64,000 nt of DNA from Cyanophora paradoxa CCMP329 (Eukaryota > Plantae > Glaucophyta): assembly GCA_004431415.1 (NCBI GenBank), contig QPMI01000408.1, positions 1,116,001 to 1,180,000 of the forward strand. Direction: 5' to 3'. The notes below the pieces were generated by a model. It saw nothing but the letters and a program-made list of their open reading frames with translations. It searched no databases and was not told the origin of the DNA. Positions 28,098 to 40,148 of the stretch are shown here, in pieces (position 1 is the first letter of the stretch; each line of letters starts with the position of its first letter). Position numbers and translations under genes: made by a program.

Positions 28098-28122
28098 CTA
28101 TAGTCACTGAGTGTTTACGTCG
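28067..28122. other. Inverted repeat/hairpin straddling the stop codon of the giant gene
   Basis: cgacgtaaacact (28067-28079) is the exact reverse complement of agtgtttacgtcg (28110-28122). An inner gtgac/gtcac pair extends the stem past a 2-nt bulge, and the TAG lies in the loop. Confidence 0.8.
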
Positions 28123-28655
28123 TTTCGGGTCAACATGTAGTTCTCGGACCTCATCGAGAACGCCGCCTTTTGATATCAAAGTTAGCTTATTTGCATACTC
28201 GGCTTGCTTCGATTCGTTTCAAATTACAGCATATAGACAGCTCTAGAACAGATCTAGATCTAGAACTTGCAGATCTGACGCAGATTGAATGTTTAACACG
28301 GAGCCATGGTAGGCCACTGTAGATAAAATATTGCCTGCCTATCCGACTCCGTGATCGTGATTATAAGTTACTGCCTATCCATCGCCGTGAGCGTGATCAC
28401 TAGCCTATGCTATAAAGCTTGTGATACTATAATATTAATATCGATAGTACAGCTATCGCTAGCTGTAGCCAATGTCTCAGTGATAGCTATTTATTTTGTG
28501 ATTCAGTGATTGCTCTGTTGTCTTCTAATATTACTGACTACCGTGAGTGACCACCGTAGTACCCAAGTGCGCTCAGGAATCTGGGCGATAAACTAACACC
28601 AATAATCCAATTGCAAAAGTCTCCTGTACATTCACGACCGGGCCCTAGCTATAGC

Positions 28656-31600
28656 CTAGGCACGGAGGCCCGGGGGGGTATACGTGTATGGGCTGGCGCC
28701 GAAGGGGAGGGGCGGCCCCTGCGCCCCGTACCGCGTGAGCGCGACCTGGAGGGGGGGTACACGTCAGCCAAGACAAAAGAGAAAATGGGAAGGTGAAGGG
28801 GGAGGGGGTACCCAGGCGAAGAATAGGGCACTGGCGCCATCGATGGGCCCCCACAAGGCGAGCAGGGCGCCGCTGAGGGGCGAGGCCTGCGGGGGTACAG
28901 GTGACGATAGGAGAAGCAGGAGCAGAGAAATGGCGCCGCCCGGATTCGAACCTGGAAGATCGGGCCCAGGGAGTGATCCCTTACGAACAGAATCCACATA
29001 ACAACGAAGTACACCTGCACACGAAACCGAGGTCAGGGGGGTACGGGGCTTCCTGGGGGGTACGGCACCTTCTCGACGGCGAAGACGACGACGAGGAGGC
29101 GGACGTGGGGGTACGAGCGCGCCACGGCGGCGAACGCCAATCCGAAGAGGCCGATCAGCACGAAGCCTGCGGGGTCCGCGTTTGCTTAGCCTTCGGCTCC
29201 GCCTTTTTCGTCCGCCTCCGGGGGGAGAGGGGAGGGGGGGTACGGGGGGCACCGTGGGGGGAGTAGACGACGGGGGCGACAGCGGAGAGGACGGGGGGTT
29301 TCTCCAGGAGGAGGTACACCCCCGCCAGGCACGCGACCTGGGGGCGGGGGGTACGCGGGTCGGATTCCAGAGGGCGGGGGGGGAGCGGCGCCGAGCTGAA
29401 TCGAGCGCCCTAAAGTGGGCGCGTGCCAGGTTCGAGTTGAGTTTAATTAGGTTCTATGAAGCTGGAACTTAAAAGTTCCGAAAATATCCTATGAGCTTCA
29501 AGAGAAAGAGGGGGCGGACCAGGTTCGCGACGGCGCAGGCGTAGAAGCCGCCCGCCACGCCGCCGGCCGCCGCCTCCGCCGGGGCCGCCGCGGGGCCGGC
29601 GGGGGGCAGCGAGGCCGCGTGCAGCGGCGTCAGGCCCAGGCTGCGGCGGCGGGCGCGCGGGTCAGCCAACGCCGGATCTACGACCGAGGCCGCGCAACCG
29701 CGCGACGCCCTAAGCCGACGCTCTATCAGGTCCCACCGCTCTATTCCTGTACCCATATCGGAACCCAAGCCTCCGGCGTGGACCGCGGCTCGCCCCCTGC
29801 CGAGCGCACCTGTCGCGGGGGCCGTAGCCGGAGGAGGACGAGCGGGAGCCGGCGCTGTCGCGGGGGCCCTTGGAAGACCAGACCCCCGACGCGGCGGCCG
29901 AGGCCGGCGCCGGCGCCGGCGCCGGCGCCCCCCGCGCGTTCTGCGGCGAGGAGAGGGGCCGTTGGCCGACGAAGGGGAAGCGCGGGGAGGGAGGAAGGGG
30001 GGGGGGGTACGCACGTAGCCGCGCCCCGAGTTGAACTCGCCGCCCGACGAAGACGCGAACTCAACCGACGGGCTCCCCTGCGGCACGCATTCGGGAGGGG
30101 TACGGGATCGGGACGGGAGGGGGTACGGGGCGCGCCTGCTTGACGAAGGTCGTGACCGCCGCCTCCCACCGCTCCCACTGGCCCAGGTTCTGGGGGGTAC
30201 GCGAATTCGAAAGGAGGAGTGGGGCTGGAGGAGGGGGTACGGCGTACCTGCCAGCCGGGGATGTGGTACCGGGCGGCGTAGGTCTTGTACGCCCCAATGA
30301 CGACGTTGATCGCGATGATGACGAGGAGGCCCGCAACCTAAAGATAGCTCAGGGGAGGCTCGGGCGGGAGGGGTACGGCGATGCGCGCGCCGGCCAGAAC
30401 GGTCCGCCGCTGACGGGTACGAGGAGGAGGCCCGCGAAAAGCACGGACTGCGGGAAAGGGGCACCGGATTCGAAAAGGGGGTAGTGGCATGGGTTGGGAG
30501 GGGTACCAGGGTGTAGCGGCGGTCGTCGAGGATCTGGTACTTCACGAGGAAGAGGTAGAAGACCCGTACCCAGACGTAGATCTGAGGGGGGGGGTACGTG
30601 AGTCGCAGGCCGCATCGGCGAGTTGCGGGGGGGTACGTGGACGTGGATGAACATCTGAGGGGCGGGGGTCAGGCGGCTGGCGGCGGGGGGAGGAAGCGGC
30701 GCGGAGGGGTGTACTCACGGAGCGGAAGTAGCGCCAGTCGGAGGGGTGGAGGAGTACCCCCACGGCGGACAGCGCGTGGAACAGAATCACTTGAAGGTAC
30801 GCCGGGACCTTTTTTTTTGGGGGGGGGGGGTTAGGGATTACGGCGGCGGAAGGCCGTCGAGGGGGGTACGGCTCACGGTGATCCGCCGCTCACCCCACAC
30901 CGTCGGAGTCTGCTCCCGCGAAGGGACGAGCCTTCAGCGGAAGGGGGGGGGAGGGCGCGGGCGGGGCGGGGGGGGGGGGGGGGGGGCGCGGGGGGGGGGT
31001 AGGGGGGGAGCGCGCCATGACGAAGGAGGAGGGTACGTGGCCGAAGAGGGCGATGCCGGCGGCCCAGCAGGCGACCTGCCCGGGAGAGGGGGGAAGCTCA
31101 GATTCGGGCCACGAAGACATCCAGGCCAAGCGAGCGGCTCGGCGGCTGCCCACGGCGGCCCGATCCTTCGAGACCCGAACCCCGGACCCAAAAAACAGAC
31201 CTTGCGGATCATCGACCTTAAACAGAACTGTAGCGTGGCCACGCTGGCCTAGAAGAACCCTCACCCCACGGCTGCCTAAGTGGCTAGGCTGGCATCATGG
31301 GCAAAGCGCTAGACCCGCACCCGGACCCATAGAAAGACTCCCGCGGACCGACGGACCTTCTCGGAGGCCATGAACCAGGCGGCGACGCCGACGCCGATCT
31401 CGGCGATCCCGGAGGCGATGTGCAGCGCGATCGCCACGCGCAGGTACGTCGCCGCTGCGCCGGGCGGGCTGAGCGGAGACGGAGCGGGAGGGGAGGGGAG
31501 GGGGAGAGGCGCCGCTCGGGCACCTTTGAACTTCTGGTGCTGGGCTGCGGGCCGGGGAGCGCGCGCGCGGGCGAGGTCAGCGGGAGCGGCGCGCGGGCTC

Positions 31601-32187
31601 GGACGGCGGGCTCGGGCGGGCGGCTCGTCCGCGGGCGGGCGACGCACGGCGGAGGACGGAGAGGGGTATAACAGCGAGGTCCAGCGCCACGCACATCGCC
31701 GCCAGGATGTAGAAGCTGCGCGAAGCGAACGAAGCGGCGGGGCGATCAATTTAAATCCGCGCGGCCGGCCCGGCACTCTCTTGTGTGAAAGAGCGCTTTA
31801 GAATGACTAGGCAGCAGCGCCGGGAGGCTGGGCTTTGCGCCGCGGCCGTGCTGTGACCGGGCGCCGGCCGGCCGGCAGCCGGCTGGCTGCGCGGCCTCTC
31901 CGCACGGCTCTCGAACCGGCACAAGCACAAAGCCCGCAGGATGCGCCGAGAGGTGCGCGTGGCGGCTGTTCGTGCAACCGGCCGGACCGTCGGAGCGTCG
32001 GATGCAGCGGCGACCGCCATGCCACAGTGCCCATAGCCACCGCTTTGATCGGCTATAGTTCCCTCGCGAGAGGCGCCACGCACATGTGGCGCTCGTTGAG
32101 GCCGGACCAGTCCAGAACCGGCATGGCGGTCGGGTCGACGCCCTCCGGTCGAGCCCAGCGCGGGTCCGCTGCATCGAAGAGGCCCAT
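28656..32187 (-). CDS. Multi-pass membrane protein of unknown function; two hydrophobic modules joined by a low-complexity linker
   Basis: Spliced reading: MGLFDAADP...RHIFYILAAMCVALDLAVIPLSVLRPQHQKFKAATYLRVAIALHIASGIAEIGVGVAAWF...GHVPSSFVM-TPTVWG...VPAYLQVILFHALS...IYVWVRVFY...SVLFAGLLLVP. After the linker: FYACAVANLVACLAGV...GFVLIGLFGLAFAAVARSYPHVRLLVVVFAVEKVYFVVMW...LWGPIDGASALFFAWV...GLRA*. Some internal exons are uncertain. Confidence 0.75.
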
Positions 32188-32609
32188 ACTGTTGTTTGCG
32201 GCCGATCGCTCGATCGGAGGCCTGTAGCTAGGCCGGGCTTGCGCTGGCGGGTTTGCCGCGGTTAGTGCACGTGAGGGGTACAGGCGCGGAGGTACAGGCA
32301 TGCCGCAGAACTAGCTATAGTGCAGAACTACATATATACATGTACAGGCATGCCGCCGACAGCCGCGGCGCGCCGCGCGCGCGCGCGGGCGCCGGCGCCG
32401 GCTGTGATCAAAAGTCCCGCGCGATCTCGAGCTCTCTGTACGGTACGCCTCCGTACCACAGCACTACGTATACGTACGTGTATTGGAAGAGTTTTAAGCC
32501 TCGGGCGCCGGCGCCGGCCCCCCGCCTCCCCCCGCTAGCGCTAGCGGCGCAGTCGATGCCTAGCTTTGGGTACGGATCTCACTTTCAAGCTTCCGACGGC
32601 ACGCTGCCC

Positions 32610-35171
32610 CTACTTCTTGGCGCCCGGGTACGTCGCGGCGTCGAGCGGCGCGTGGGTGTACGCGCGGGCGCCCGATGCGAAGTCGCCCACCGTGTGGCCC
32701 TTCCCGTAGATCCTGGGCGCAGGCCCGTGAGTGAGGGGTACGGTAAACACCGAGTCAGTCCGGGGGTACACGAAGAAGAAGCAGGCACCGGTACTTGTAG
32801 ATGAGGAGGCCCTCGACGCCGACGGGCCCCCGCGCGTGCGTCTTGTTCGTGCTGATGCCCACCTCGGCCCCGAAGCCGTACCTGCACATGCGCCCGAGGG
32901 GAAGAAGGCGGGCGTGAGGCCGAGGACGAGGATGATTGGGGGGGGGGGGGGGAGGGGGGGGGGGGAGGCGCGGTCCGGGCCCTGCCACGCCTCCGCGCTG
33001 GCCTTAGTTCTGATTTGATCTGAGGGCCTTCGTGCGCCCCTAGAGCTGGGGCAATTCGCCGCGCGACGGCCTGTAGCCCGGCGCCCCCTCTCCGCCCACC
33101 CCCGCCTCCGTCTCGCCCTGGCTCGGCCCGCCCCGCCGCGGCGCGCGCACCGCTGGCCGTCGGCGAAGCGGGTGGAGCAGTTGTGGTAGACGCCGGCCGA
33201 GTCCACCCGCGACATGAAGAACTCCGCCCGCTCCGAGCTGCCGGCCCGGCGGGAGCGAGGGGCGGCGTGAGCGAGGGGCCGCGCAGGGGGGAGAAGAGGA
33301 GGAGAGGGGCGCGGCAGAAGCGAGGCGGCGTGGAGACGGGCGGGAGGAAGGGGGAGGGGCGAGGGGCGGGGGCGGGGGCGACCTGGGGGAGACGATGGAG
33401 TCGGTGTGGTGCGAGCCGTGCGCGTTGATGTGCGCCGCCGCCTCCTGCACGCCCCCCACCCCCCAGGTTAGTTCACGGGCGGGACGGGGGCGGAACGAGA
33501 GGGCCAGGCCCCAGGGTCCTCTAGGCGCCATAAGCCCCCGGGAGGGGCGGGGGGAGGGGCGGGGCCGGGGACGGGTACAGGAACGCGCCTGCACGGAGGC
33601 CACCGACTTGACCGCCATCACGTGGTCCAGAAACTCGAAATCGAAGTCCCCGTCCTGGAAGGGGGGTACGGTGTTAGAGAGGTGGGCGAAGGAAGGCTTG
33701 CGGGGGGCAGAAGTGCCTGGGCAGGCTTGGCGGGGAGCCCGGCCGCTTGGATCGCGGCCAGGCACTCGGGGTCCGCCCTCAGCTCGACCTTCGCAGCATG
33801 GAGAGCGGAGGCGACCTGGGGAAGGGGGGGTAGATGATTAATAGGAGGGAGGGGGTACGCGGAAGAAAGCGCCCACCTTGGGGAGGAGGGTGTTGAGCAG
33901 GGAGCGGTGGACGAGGAGGGTCTCCGCCGCGTTGCAGGCGGCGGGGTACTGCGTTTTCGCGTCCACGACGACCTTCGCCGGCAGATCGCCCAGCGCCTCC
34001 GCCCCTGCGGGAGGGGTACGCGTGGGCGAGGGGGTACAGCTCAGCGCGGGGAGGTGGTGTAAACGCGTACCCTCGTCGAGGTAGACGGAGCAGATGCCGT
34101 CGGCGTGGCCAAGCACGGGGATACGCGTATTGTCCTGCGGGGTACATGATAAGCCATCGAGGCGGTGCGGGTGAATTCAATGGGCGGGGTACGCGCCTGG
34201 ATGTAGCGGACGAGGGAGTTGGAGCCACGGGGGATGACGAGATCGATGTACCGGTCCAGGCCCAGGAGCGTCGCGATCTACTTCCGGATGGGCGGGGGTA
34301 CAGTGGAGCGGAGGGGGGTACGCGGACCTCCTCGCGGCCGTGGACGAGCTGGACGGCGTCGACGGGGAAGCCCTCGACGCGCGCGAGGCCCGCGCGGATC
34401 GCCGCGATGAGCGCCTGCGGCGAGAGCGTGAGCCGGATCGAGGGTCGGGTTCGGGGGTACACGCGCGCACGTCGTTGGACTTCTGCGCCTCCTTGCCGCC
34501 CTTGAGGATGACGGCGTTCGCGGACTTGATGGTCAGCGACGCGATCTGGACGGCCGCCTCCGGTCGAGCCTCGAAGATCATGCAGATGACTCCGATGGGG
34601 CACGAAACGCGGTACATGTCCAGGCCGTCCGAGAGCCGCGTCGACAGCGTGACCCTGCGCGCGCGGGACGCGAGGCGCGCTCGGCGCCCGAGGAGGAGGA
34701 GAAGGGGGAGGAGGCGCGCGCGCGCGCACTTCCCGACGGGATCTGCGAGCGCCTTGACCTCGTCGATGCCCTGCAGGACCGCCTCGAACTTGGGGCCCAC
34801 CAGGTCGAGCCGCTTGAGCAGCGCCGACGACATCTTCCCCGCCGCAACCTCCTTCTCCGCCGCGTCCTTGTCCGCCTTGTTCGCGGCCAGGATCGCATCC
34901 TTGCTGTCAATCAGCGCCTGCGCGCGCGCGGCGCGGCGGCCTCTCGTCAGACGCGCCGCCCAATGATCCCGACCCAGAGGCGAGGCCCGGGTGCCGCTCA
35001 GCTAGCCATTCAGGAGCTAGAGAGGCGGGAGGTGCGAGGGCGCGAGGCCGGGGCGCTCGCCTGCCGCACGGCCGCCAGCGCCGCATCCCGCTTCTCCGCC
35101 GAGCAGGCCGAGAGCTGCAGGGCCGCCTCCCGCGCGCGCTTCGCCAGCTCGACGGTCTCCTGGTGCGCCAT
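32610..35171 (-). CDS. proA: Gamma-glutamyl phosphate reductase (glutamate-5-semialdehyde dehydrogenase), stand-alone
   Basis: Family motifs are present across exons: [105 protein letters not shown]. Confidence 0.95.
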
Positions 35172-35347
35172 CCCACGAACAAGCCGCCTTTTCCGGGTAC
35201 GGCAATATTTGCGAGGGACAACGAGCCTCGCACGTCTCCCTTCCGGGCACACGCAGCGCTCCCAAGCTGAGCCGCAGCGTCCGATCCCACACGGAGCAGC
35301 TGCTCCGCCCCCGCTCCACGGACGGGTTCTCCGGCGGCGTACCGCCG
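35172..35347. promoter_or_regulatory. Probable bidirectional promoter (proA / KEA antiporter)
   Basis: The two divergent start codons are separated by only 176 bp. Confidence 0.55.
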
Positions 35348-38300
35348 ATGAACCCCCCGGCGGCCTTCGCGGCGGCGGCCGTAGCATCAGCTGCTGCGGC
35401 GTCGGCGCAGCTCTTCGCCTGCTCCCTCTCCACGCCACCGCCGCTGCCGCCGATCGGCGCGTGCCACCAGCACCTGCCAAGGCATGTACTGGGATCCAGT
35501 TCTCGGCCGACGGCTGCAGCAGGCGTTCGGAGCGCGTTGCAGCAGCGTGGCTTCTTCTGCTCCAACGGGGCTCTCGGCCGAAGCCCACAAGCGCAGCTGA
35601 CCCCGTCGCGACTCTTTGGGTATGGGCGGCGGGCATTCTTCGGCGACGCGCTGCCGACGCGCGCGGCGGCCGTGCCGCGGCCGCTCGGAGACGGCGGCTT
35701 CTCCGTCCAAGCGAGCCTGAAGAGCTTCAGCGAAGCGCTCGAGCTGCTGCTGGTGCCCCAACTTGGACCCCGGCATGCATGCGCGCGCGCGCGCTGACCG
35801 CCGGCTGCCTCGCAGACGAGCGTCATCGTTATCCCTCTTTTCAAGAAGATCAAGGTGATTCGCGAGCGCGCATGCACCGCACCGCGCGCCCCTCGAGCCG
35901 CCGGCGGGGCGCCTGCGCGCCCACCGAACCGGCCGACCGACCGACCTGATCTGGCGCGCCGGGCAGGTCTCGCCCGTGCTGGGATTCATTGCGGCTGGGA
36001 TCATTCTCGGCCCGCATGGGGAGAACTGGCTCCACGACTACAGGGACATCAACGAGTTCGCCGAGTTCGGCGTCCTCTTCCTCCTCTTCGAAATGGTTCC
36101 TTCCTTCCTTCCTTCCTTTCCTTCCTTCTCTTTCTTCCCTCGCTGACATGGGTACAGGGCCTGGAGCTCTCCGTTTCTCGCCTGAAGAAACTCGGGTCTG
36201 CCGTCTTCGGTCTGGGCACCGCCCAGGTCCGCTCACATTCATTCGCCGGAAGCAATATATATAGCTTTAAACTTGATCAGAGCCGGATGCCTCACCGCCG
36301 GCAATCGCGCAGGTCACAGTTACGACACTCGCCATCGCTGCGCTGGCGAAGCTGTTCGGCGGCGACTCCGTCAGCTACGTCGAGGCCCTCGTCATCGGTA
36401 CCCCTCTTCCCATCGCTCCCCCCCGCCTGGCTTCGCTCCGATTCTGATTTGATCCGCGCGCAGGCAACGCGCTCTCCCTCTCCTCCTCCGCCTTCGTTCT
36501 CCAGCTCCTCCGCGAGCGCGGCGAGCTCGGCGGAGAGTGCGTACCCCCCTGTGTCCTTCCCTCCTTCCTCGGGCTCTCCTGAACCCCCCGTCAGCTTCGG
36601 GCAGGCTTCGTTCGCCGTCCTGCTCCTGCAGGACATCGCCGTCGTACCCCTCCTCGTCGTCCTCCCCCTCCTCGGCACGGCAGACCTCTCCCACCCCCTC
36701 CTCGTCATCGCCTCGCTGGGGGTACCGGCCCTCAAAGCCTTCGGCGCCCTCGGTGCCGTCATCGCCGCCGGGCACTTCGGACTCGGCCGCGTCTTCCAGG
36801 TACCCCCCTTCCCTCCTGCTTCATGTACTCCCCCGCCTCTGAACCCCGTATCCCCAGGCCGTGTCGTCCTCTAAGAGCCAGGACGCGTTCATCGCCGCGA
36901 TCCTCCTCACCGTCCTCGGCATGGGGTACCTGACCGAGTTCATCGGACTCAGGTACCCCCCCCCCCCCCCTAGGCATTCACACCCTCGCCGCTTCTTACC
37001 TGAGTGTCGTACCCCAGCGACACCCTCGGCGCATTCCTGGCGGGAGTCCTCCTCTCCGAGACCCAGTTCCGGTACCCTACCCCATCTCCTCCCTCCTCAC
37101 CCGCTCCTCCGCACCGTACCCCCCCTGACCTCTCTCCTTCCCCCCTACCAGGTACCAGATCGAGGCGGACATCTCCCCCGCCCGGGGCCTCCTCCTCGCA
37201 CTCTTCTTCATGGCGCGCCCCTCTACCCCCCACGCGAACTGTACCCCCCGCTCTCCCTAACCTCCTCCCATCTCCCGTGCAGACCGTTGGCTTCAACGTG
37301 GACCTTCAGTTCGCGATGGAGAACGCCCCCATCGTCGCCGCGCTCATCCTCTGGCTCGTCGGCGTCAAGGCCCGCCCCGCCCCTTTCTTTCTTTCTTTTC
37401 CCTCCTTTCTTTTCCTTTTCTGATCGCTTTCGCCGCAGGCGTCCATCACCTCGGCGCTGGCGGCGACGGCGGGCGGCCTGCGCCCGGGCCCCGCCGTCCG
37501 CACGGGCCTGCTCCTCTCCCAGGCGACCCTTCCTCCGCCTCCCTCCCTCTACCCCCCTCTCATCCTAACCCCCTACCCCCTGCAGGGCGGAGAGTTCAGC
37601 TTCGTCATCTTCGCGCTGGCGAAGCAGCTCGGCATCCTCCCCGAGGACGTCAACAACGTGCGCGCGCACGTACCCCCCTCCGGAACCATGTACCCCGTAC
37701 CGCCTCTCCTCCTACCGCCCCTCTCCTTCTACCCATCCCTCCCTCTCTTCCCCCCTCCGCCTCCTGCGCCCCTGACTCCCGCCCCTCCCGCGCAGCTGCT
37801 GATCGTGGTGGTGGCGCTCTCGATGGCGCTCACGCCGGTGCTCGCCGCCGCCGGCGCCGCTGCCTCCAAGGCCCTCGAGCAGGTACCCCCGCCCCGCCCC
37901 GCCCCCCCGCCCCGCCCCTCGCCCCCGTCGTTGCACGGCCGACGGGCCGGCCGCCCGCCCCGCCCGCCCCCACCGCCCCCGCCCCTACTCGTTGCCGCCC
38001 CGCGGCCCCGGGCTCGCCGCCCGCCTCCGCCCCTCGCCGCTGACTCCAGGCGGGCAGTACGGGCAGGAGGCGACGGGGACGGCGCCGGCGCCCATCAAGG
38101 CCGCCGAGGACGCCATCGTCATCTGCGGGTCCGTGCGCTGTTAGATAGATAGATAGATAGAGACTTGGGTAGGCCCTCCAGCAAACAGGCCTCTCTCGGC
38201 CTCCCTAACTAGATAGATAGATATATTATGCATGCTATAGATATCGGCGGGTATCTATCCATGTTATATGTATCTAGCCATCTGCGGGTGCGCCGCATCG

Positions 38301-40148
38301 CTTCCTCCAGCGAGTTAGTTATATAGCGAGTTAACATCGATAGATAGATAGATAGATAGATAGATAGACAGATAAATAGATAGATAGATAGATAGATAAC
38401 ATCGCATTCTCCAGCTAGTCAGATAGATAGAGACTTCGGTCTGACTGGCTGGCTGACCGTCTGCCTGCAGGTTCGGGCCGGTGGGGCAGACGGTGGGGCG
38501 GCTGCTGACGGAGAGCCAGCGGGCGTGGGTCGCCGTCGAGATCGACCCGGACGTCGTCCGCTCGGTCCGCCCCCGCCGCCCGCCCGCAAGGGCCCCGCCC
38601 ACTCTTCTTCCTTCTTCTTCTCTCCGCCCAGCGCCCCGCCCCCTCTTTTCCTCCTTCGCCCCCCTTTCTATCGCCCGGCCCCGCCCCCGCCTCCTCCGCT
38701 CTCGCCGCCTTGACGCACCCTCCCTCCCCCCCTCCCTCCCTCCCCCCCGCCCGCCCCGCAGGCGCAGGAGTCGGGCCTGCCCGTCCTCTTCGGCGACGCC
38801 TGCCGCCCCCAGGCGCGCCCCGTTTCGCTTTCCTTTGCTACGCTACGCTACGCTTTGCTTCTTCAACGCTGAGGCCCCGCCCCGCCCCGCCCCTCAGGTG
38901 TTCGCGGCGGCGGGGGTGAAGCGCCCGGCGGCGGTCGTCGTGACGATGCGCTCCTACAAGCGCACCCTCCGCCTCTGCATCGCCCTCCGCTCGGTAGGCG
39001 TCGCCCCCTCCCCAAGTAAAGGCGTACCCTGACGCCGCCCCGTGTAAAGGCGTACCCGACGCTGGCGATCTTCGTGCGGGCGCGCACGCGGCGGCAGCAG
39101 CGCGAGCTGGAGGCCGCCGGCGCCACCACCTGGTGCGGATCCCGCCTGGCCGGGGCCGGGGCACGGGGCCGGGGCCGAGGGCGGGCGCTTGCGCGGGGCC
39201 GGGCGGGGCGCGGGGCCCGGCCCCGCCAAGCTGATATGCGCAATCCTGCGAGCGTTCCTGCGAGTTGCTCTCTCGGCAAAGCTAAACGAGCCTAACGATC
39301 GGGCACCCAGAAGCTCCTTTAGCTCCTGCAAGCTAATCTCAGCTTCGAGTCTTCGACGACGCCCCCCGCTGACGCTGACAACTCGGCAGCGTGCCAGAGC
39401 TGCTGGAGGGCTCGCTGCAGCTGGGCGGCGCCGTGCTGGAGGCGGACGGGGCGGACCCCGCCCTCGTCGCCGGCGTCCTCGCCGCCCGCCGCGAGCAGGA
39501 GGGCCTCCTCTCCCGCTCCCCCCGCGTCCGCCCTCCCCTCCCTTCCTTGCTTTAGAGTTGTTGCTTTAGAGCGCCGCCGTCCGCTTAGGCTTAGGCTAGC
39601 TCAGGCTAGCGCCCTGCCTTGCCTTCTTCTTGGCTTGGGCTAGCTTGGTAGTAGATCAAGATGGCTTTAGAGCGCCGCTTTCCGCTAGACCTCCTCGCCC
39701 GCTCCCCCCGCGTCCGCCCTCTCCTCCCTTGCTTGGCTTGCTTTCTTGCCTGAAGCTAGCTAGCCTTCCCACTTGCCTTCTTGCCCGCCTGCTCGCTAAC
39801 TTCTGGCGCGGCAGGGACCCCGCCCTTACTCCAAGCCCGAGTCCGGCGTGACGCCGTACCCCGACCCCGAGGCCGAGCAGGACATCACGGAGGACTGCCC
39901 TACCCCCACCCCCACCCCGAGCCCCGACCCGGGTACGCCAAAACAGCGACCAGTCTTCCTCTTCAGTCGCAGGCCGCTGCTCCTTTTCTCACGCGCGAGG
40001 CGCAGAGCCGCAGCCGGCGCAGGCTGAGGGCCTCGGGGAGGGCCCGGAGGGGACGGCCCCCAGAGTCGTGAACCATGTCGTACCCGTCCAGCGGCCCCGC
40101 CGGCGGGCCAGCCCCCAGCCGCCGGCCCCGCCGCCGGGCTCGTCCTGA
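35348..40148 (+). CDS. Plastid-targeted K+/H+ efflux antiporter (CPA2 KEA/KefC family, KEA3-like architecture) with C-terminal KTN/TrkA-N domain
   Basis: Long Ser/Ala/Arg-rich transit peptide (MNPPAAF...). CPA2 motifs: SPVLGFIAAGIILGP, AEFGVLFLLFEMGLELS, LSLSSSAFVLQLLRERGE, AVLLLQDIAVVPLL, LGAFLAGVLLSET, SQGGEFSFVIFA. KTN motifs: IVICGFGPVGQTVGRLL, VLFGDA, VPELLEGSLQLG. Confidence 0.93.
38143..38430 (+). repeat. Interrupted (GATA)n microsatellite inside a KEA intron
   Basis: Runs of agat/gata, the longest at 38340-38398. Confidence 0.9.

Noticed and set aside
28931-28956. tRNA-like 3' end/B-box (GGTTCGAATCCGGGCGGCGCCA on the minus strand); a 17-bp match also occurs at 63532-63548
   Set aside because: There is no matching 5' acceptor strand, D-arm or anticodon arm. 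The motif coincides with a splice donor, and one 17-bp match in 64 kb of GC-rich DNA is plausible by chance.
38143-38430. GATA repeats as a telomeric or functional array
   Set aside because: This is an ordinary interrupted intronic microsatellite.
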